Source of the DNA: Alistipes sp.
GTDB taxonomy: Bacteria; Bacteroidota; Bacteroidia; Bacteroidales; Rikenellaceae
Length of the DNA: 64,000 bases
Assembly (NCBI GenBank): GCA_045605785.1
Contig: JAZUQP010000002.1
Coordinates: forward strand, 38,378 to 102,377
Reading direction: 5' to 3'
Shown: in pieces, positions 59,982-64,000 of the stretch
Numbering within the stretch: position 1 is the stretch's first letter
Layout of the letters: each line of letters starts with the position of its first letter
The notes under the pieces: generated by a model
Database searches by the model: none
What the model was told of the DNA's origin: nothing
What the model saw: only the letters and a program-made list of their open reading frames with translations
Program-made: the position numbers and the translations under genes

Positions 59982-60022
59982 ATTTTTGTATCTTTGTAGG
60001 AATTGAAAACAACAAACAGACC

Positions 60023-62047
60023 ATGGCAAAACATCTTCCCATCGTAGAACAAGACGAGTGGTTACAGCCCGTGGAGGGTGAATTGGAGTATCGCCACCGA
60101 CTCTATACCGAGAAATTGGCCGCCATCGAGGCCGCATCGGGCTCGATTATCGACTATGCCAACGGCTACAACTACTTCGGATGGCAGTATGACAACGACC
60201 TGAAGGGGTGGTGGTTCCGCGAGTGGTTGCCCGAGGCCCACGATGTCTACCTCTTTGGCGACTTCAACGGCTGGCAGCGCACGCAACTGCGTCTGAACAA
60301 GGATCGCAACGGAGTGTGGTCGATCTTCCTGCCCGAGGCGATGTATGGCGCCTACCTTACCCACGGCTCACTCTACAAGATTCATGTGCACGGCCAGAAC
60401 GGATGGCGCGACCGCATCCCTGCCTATGCCAAGCGCGTAGTGCAGGACGACAACACCAAGGACTTCACAGCCCAATTCTGGATTCCGCAGCCCTTCGATT
60501 GGGGCGACGACCACCAATTCAGGCGCAAGGAGGAGGGACTGCTCATCTACGAGGCCCACATCGGCATGGCGCAGGAGAAGGAGGGGGTAGGCACCTATGC
60601 CGAGTTCACCAAAAAGATTCTCCCCACCATCAAGCGCGCGGGCTACAATGCCGTGCAGCTGATGGCCATCGCCGAGCACCCCTACTACGGCTCGTTTGGC
60701 TACCATGTATCGTCGTTCTTCGCCCCCTCGTCGCGCTTCGGCACCCCCGAGGAGCTGAAGGCGCTGGTCAAGCGGGCCCACGAGCTGGGTATCGCCGTCA
60801 TCATGGATATCGTACACGCCCACTATGTGAAGAATATCAACGAGGGCATCAACGAGCTCGACGGCTCACCCCACCACTACTCGAAGGAGGGGGCGGCGGG
60901 CAACCAGCCCTATTGGGACTCGAAGGTCTTCGACTACGGCAAGAACGAGGTGCAGCACTTCCTGCTCTCGAATGTGAAGTATTGGCTCGACGAGTACCAC
61001 TTCGACGGCTACCGCTTCGACGGCGTCACCTCGATGCTCTACTACCACTTCGGCTACACCGATTTCGACTGCCGCGAGAAGTTCTTCGACGGCGGGGTCA
61101 ATCGTGACGCCATCACCTATCTGACGCTGGCCAACAAGCTCGTACACAGCTACAAGCCCGAGGCGGTAACCATCGCCGAGGATGTGAGCGGCATGCCCGG
61201 CATCTGCATCCCCTCGGAGGATGGAGGCATCGGCTTCGACTACCGCCTGGGTATGGCAATTCCCGACTTCTGGATCAAGTACCTGAAGGAGATTCCCGAC
61301 GAGGATTGGAACATCTGGGAGATGTGGTCGCAGATGACCAACCGCCTGCCGGCCGTCAAGACGGTGGCCTATGCCGAGTCGCACGACCAGGCCCTGGTGG
61401 GCGACAAGACCATCGCCTTCCGTCTGATGGACAAGGAGATGTACTTCTCGATGAACCGCGCCTCCGAAAACCTCATCGTGGAGCGTGGCATAGCCCTGCA
61501 CAAGATGATTCGCCTCTTCACCATTGCCACGGGCGGCCAGGCCTACCTCAACTTCATGGGCAACGAGTTCGGACATCCCGAGTGGATCGACTTCCCCCGA
61601 GAGGGCAACGGCTGGAGCTACAAGCACGCGCAGCGCCTGTGGTCGCTCTCGAAGAACGGCTTCTTGCGCTACTCGTGGCTCGGCGAGTTCGACAAGGCGA
61701 TGATAAAGCTGATTCGCAAGTACAACATCCTGAACAGCGGCTACCCCTACAACCTGCAGATGGACGAGCAGAACAAGACGATGGTCTTCTCGCACGGCAA
61801 GCTGCTCTTCGTCTTCAATTGGCACCCCACCGCCTCGATTCCCGACTACGAGCTGCCGGTCCCCTATCCGGGCAAGTACAAGCTGCTGCTCTCGTCGGAC
61901 GAGGCCCGCTTCGGCGGTCAGGAGCGCAACGACACCACGGTCGAGCACTTCAGCTTCCCGCGCCTCTGCGACGACGGCATCACGCGCCACTACATGCGCA
62001 TCTACAACACCTCGCGCACGGCGATGGTCTTCAAGCGGATGCGCTAA
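60023..62047 (+). CDS. glgB: 1,4-alpha-glucan branching enzyme (GH13)
   Basis: IYEAHIG, EHPYYGSFGY, FDGYRFDGVTSM, AEDVSG, YAESHDQ, NFMGNEFGHPEW. Confidence 0.95.
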   Translation: MAKHLPIVEQDEWLQPVEGELEYRHRLYTEKLAAIEAASGSIIDYANGYNYFGWQYDNDLKGWWFREWLPEAHDVYLFGDFNGWQRTQLRLNKDRNGVWSIFLPEAMYGAYLTHGSLYKIHVHGQNGWRDRIPAYAKRVVQDDNTKDFTAQFWIPQPFDWGDDHQFRRKEEGLLIYEAHIGMAQEKEGVGTYAEFTKKILPTIKRAGYNAVQLMAIAEHPYYGSFGYHVSSFFAPSSRFGTPEELKALVKRAHELGIAVIMDIVHAHYVKNINEGINELDGSPHHYSKEGAAGNQPYWDSKVFDYGKNEVQHFLLSNVKYWLDEYHFDGYRFDGVTSMLYYHFGYTDFDCREKFFDGGVNRDAITYLTLANKLVHSYKPEAVTIAEDVSGMPGICIPSEDGGIGFDYRLGMAIPDFWIKYLKEIPDEDWNIWEMWSQMTNRLPAVKTVAYAESHDQALVGDKTIAFRLMDKEMYFSMNRASENLIVERGIALHKMIRLFTIATGGQAYLNFMGNEFGHPEWIDFPREGNGWSYKHAQRLWSLSKNGFLRYSWLGEFDKAMIKLIRKYNILNSGYPYNLQMDEQNKTMVFSHGKLLFVFNWHPTASIPDYELPVPYPGKYKLLLSSDEARFGGQERNDTTVEHFSFPRLCDDGITRHYMRIYNTSRTAMVFKRMR

Positions 62048-62150
62048 AGGGTCTTAATAAGAGAATCGGCGGTTGATACTTGCTAATTATGAATAAATGA
62101 TTACCTTTGTGCAAAATTTTTGTAAAAACAAAACCTAAAAACTAAAAATT

Positions 62151-63716
62151 ATGTTCAAATCACACCCCAAAGGTCTTTTGGCGGCGGCTTTGAGTAATAT
62201 GGGCGAGCGTTTCGGCTACTATATTATGAATGCCGTGCTGGTACTGTTCCTCTGTTCGAAGTTCGGCTTGAGCGAGGAGAAGAGTACGCTCATCTACTCG
62301 TTCTTCTATGCCGGTATCTACCTGCTGGCCCTCGTGGGCGGTTGGATTGCCGACAAGACGCAGAACTACAAGGGCACCATCATGACCGGTCTGATGGTGA
62401 TGGCTACGGGTTATGTCATCCTCTCCATCCCCATCCTCTCGACCTCGCAGAACATCAGCTGGCTGCTGCCACTGACCTGCTTGGCCCTCTTCATCATCGC
62501 CTTCGGTAACGGTCTGTTCAAGGGTAACCTGCAGGCATTGGTAGGTCAGATGTACGACAACTTCGAGGCCGAGGCTGCCCTCAAGGGCGAGGAGGCTTTG
62601 AAGATTGCCAAGTCGAAGCGCGACTCGGGCTTCCAGATCTTCTATGTATTCATCAACATCGGTGGTGTAATCGCCCCCTTCGTTGCTCCGCTCGTACGCG
62701 AGTGGTGGCTCGAGAACCACGGCTTCCTCTACAACGCCCAGCTCCCCGCACTCTGCCACCAGTTCCTGGCCGAGGGTGAGGCGATGGTTGCCGGTCAGCT
62801 GGAGAACCTCCAGACCCTGGCTGTTACCGTAACGGGCAATGCCGAGACCGTAGTAAACGCCGCCTTCTGCAACAACTACCTCGAGATCTTCAACGAGGGT
62901 GTACACTTCTCGTTCATCGCTTCGGTTGCTGCCATGCTCATCTCGCTGACGATCTTCATCTGCACGCGCAAGATCTACCCCACCCCCACCAAGAAGGAGG
63001 CTGCCCAGTCGGTAGACTACACGCCCGAGGAGAGAGCTGCCGCTGCTACCGAGATCAAGCAGCGCCTCTACGCCCTCTTCGCTGTGCTCTTCATCGCCAT
63101 CTTCTTCTGGTTTGCATTCCACCAGAACGGTACTTCGCTCTCGCTCTTTGCACGCGACTTCGTGAAGTCGGAGAGCATCGCTCCCGAGATTTGGCAGGCC
63201 CTCAACCCCGCCTTCGTGATTCTGCTCACGCCCGTGATTATCTGGATCTTCGGTACGCTGGCCTCGAAGGGTAAGGTGATTTCGACCCCCCGCAAGATTG
63301 CCATCGGTATGGCTATCGCCGGTACCGCCTACCTCTTCCTGATGGTCTACTCGATGTTGCAGGGCTACCCCTCGGCCGAGGAGTTCCGCGCACTGCCCGT
63401 AGGTGAGCGCACCGCCTGGTTGTCGGGTCCGTGGGTACTGATTGTCCTCTACTTCTTCCTCACGGTGGCCGAGCTCTTCATCTCGCCCCTGGGTCTGTCG
63501 TTCGTATCGAAGGTGGCTCCCAAGCACCTCCAGGGTCTGTGCCAGGGTCTGTGGCTCGGTGCTACGGCCGTAGGTAACCTGATGCTGTGGGTAGGCCCGC
63601 TGATGTACAACGCATGGCCTATCTGGCAGGCTTGGACCGTATTCTTCGCCGTCTGCATCATCTCGATGTCGATTATGCTCGGCATGGTGAAGTGGCTGGA
63701 GCGCGTTACGAAGTAA
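62151..63716 (+). CDS. POT/PTR family peptide:H+ symporter
   Basis: ERFGYY motif, GNGLFKGN, FQIFYVFINIG, AELFISPLGLS. Confidence 0.93.
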   Translation: MFKSHPKGLLAAALSNMGERFGYYIMNAVLVLFLCSKFGLSEEKSTLIYSFFYAGIYLLALVGGWIADKTQNYKGTIMTGLMVMATGYVILSIPILSTSQNISWLLPLTCLALFIIAFGNGLFKGNLQALVGQMYDNFEAEAALKGEEALKIAKSKRDSGFQIFYVFINIGGVIAPFVAPLVREWWLENHGFLYNAQLPALCHQFLAEGEAMVAGQLENLQTLAVTVTGNAETVVNAAFCNNYLEIFNEGVHFSFIASVAAMLISLTIFICTRKIYPTPTKKEAAQSVDYTPEERAAAATEIKQRLYALFAVLFIAIFFWFAFHQNGTSLSLFARDFVKSESIAPEIWQALNPAFVILLTPVIIWIFGTLASKGKVISTPRKIAIGMAIAGTAYLFLMVYSMLQGYPSAEEFRALPVGERTAWLSGPWVLIVLYFFLTVAELFISPLGLSFVSKVAPKHLQGLCQGLWLGATAVGNLMLWVGPLMYNAWPIWQAWTVFFAVCIISMSIMLGMVKWLERVTK

Positions 63717-63737
63717 CGAACAGAATACCATCCCCTT

Positions 63738-63770
63738 ACAAGGGCTGCCTTCTCCAAAGGCAGCCCTTGT
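63738..63770 (+). terminator. Terminator after the POT transporter
   Basis: ACAAGGGCTGCCTT-ctcc-AAAGGCAGCCCTTGT. Confidence 0.8.
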
Positions 63771-63893
63771 TGCTTTCGTGCCTCGTTGGTCAGTTGGTAC
63801 AAACAAGTTATCCGAAGCGGAAAACCGGAAAACTTTTTTTGTTTTTTGAGTTTTCATTACTATATTTGCCCTCGCAAACTACATAAGAAGAGC

Positions 63894-64000
63894 ATGACCC
63901 AAACACAAAAACTGAGAGTAATCGAACAAGCTGCCATGATGTTTGCACAACAGGGCATCAAATCGGTACGCATGGACGACATCGCAACGGAGTTGAGCGT
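63894..64000 (+). CDS. TetR/AcrR family regulator, N-terminus only
   Basis: MTQTQKLRVIEQAAMMFAQQGIKSVRMDDIATELS; promoter TATATTTG near 63861. Confidence 0.85.
   Translation, partial: MTQTQKLRVIEQAAMMFAQQGIKSVRMDDIATELS

Overview
Chromosomal window from a Bacteroidota genome with GC-rich coding sequence, most likely Rikenellaceae/Alistipes-like. The assignment rests on SusC/SusD loci, TAnnTTTG promoters, A-rich translation starts and the gene families present; it is an inference, not a database result. Most of the window is housekeeping or typical accessory content: a SusC/SusD locus, GH43, tRNA-Lys(UUU), carboxyspermidine dehydrogenase, a radical-SAM/lipoprotein pair, PPi-type phosphofructokinase, rubrerythrin, ETF/acyl-CoA dehydrogenase, purA, ligA, dapA, uvrA, a five-gene TonB-receptor/nuclease (DNA-utilisation-like) operon, mltG, glgB and a POT transporter. 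No integrase, transposase, CRISPR or rRNA is visible. Two non-coding signals stand out. (1) A 1.52-kb unit (5829-7350) holds one helicase-like ATPase gene with a putative HTH tail. It is bracketed by mirror-image composite arrays (3 x 8-bp plus 6 x 9-bp GTTAC/GTAAC units), carries an AT-rich palindromic tract, and sits just upstream of a susC gene. (2) A dispersed family of ~125-bp hairpin elements occurs in at least five copies at three loci. The copies share a GGR-NN-RTAC-N5/6-GTAY-NN-YCC apex, show compensatory stem changes, end at TTA (two abut stop codons), and lie next to heptamer tandem repeats.
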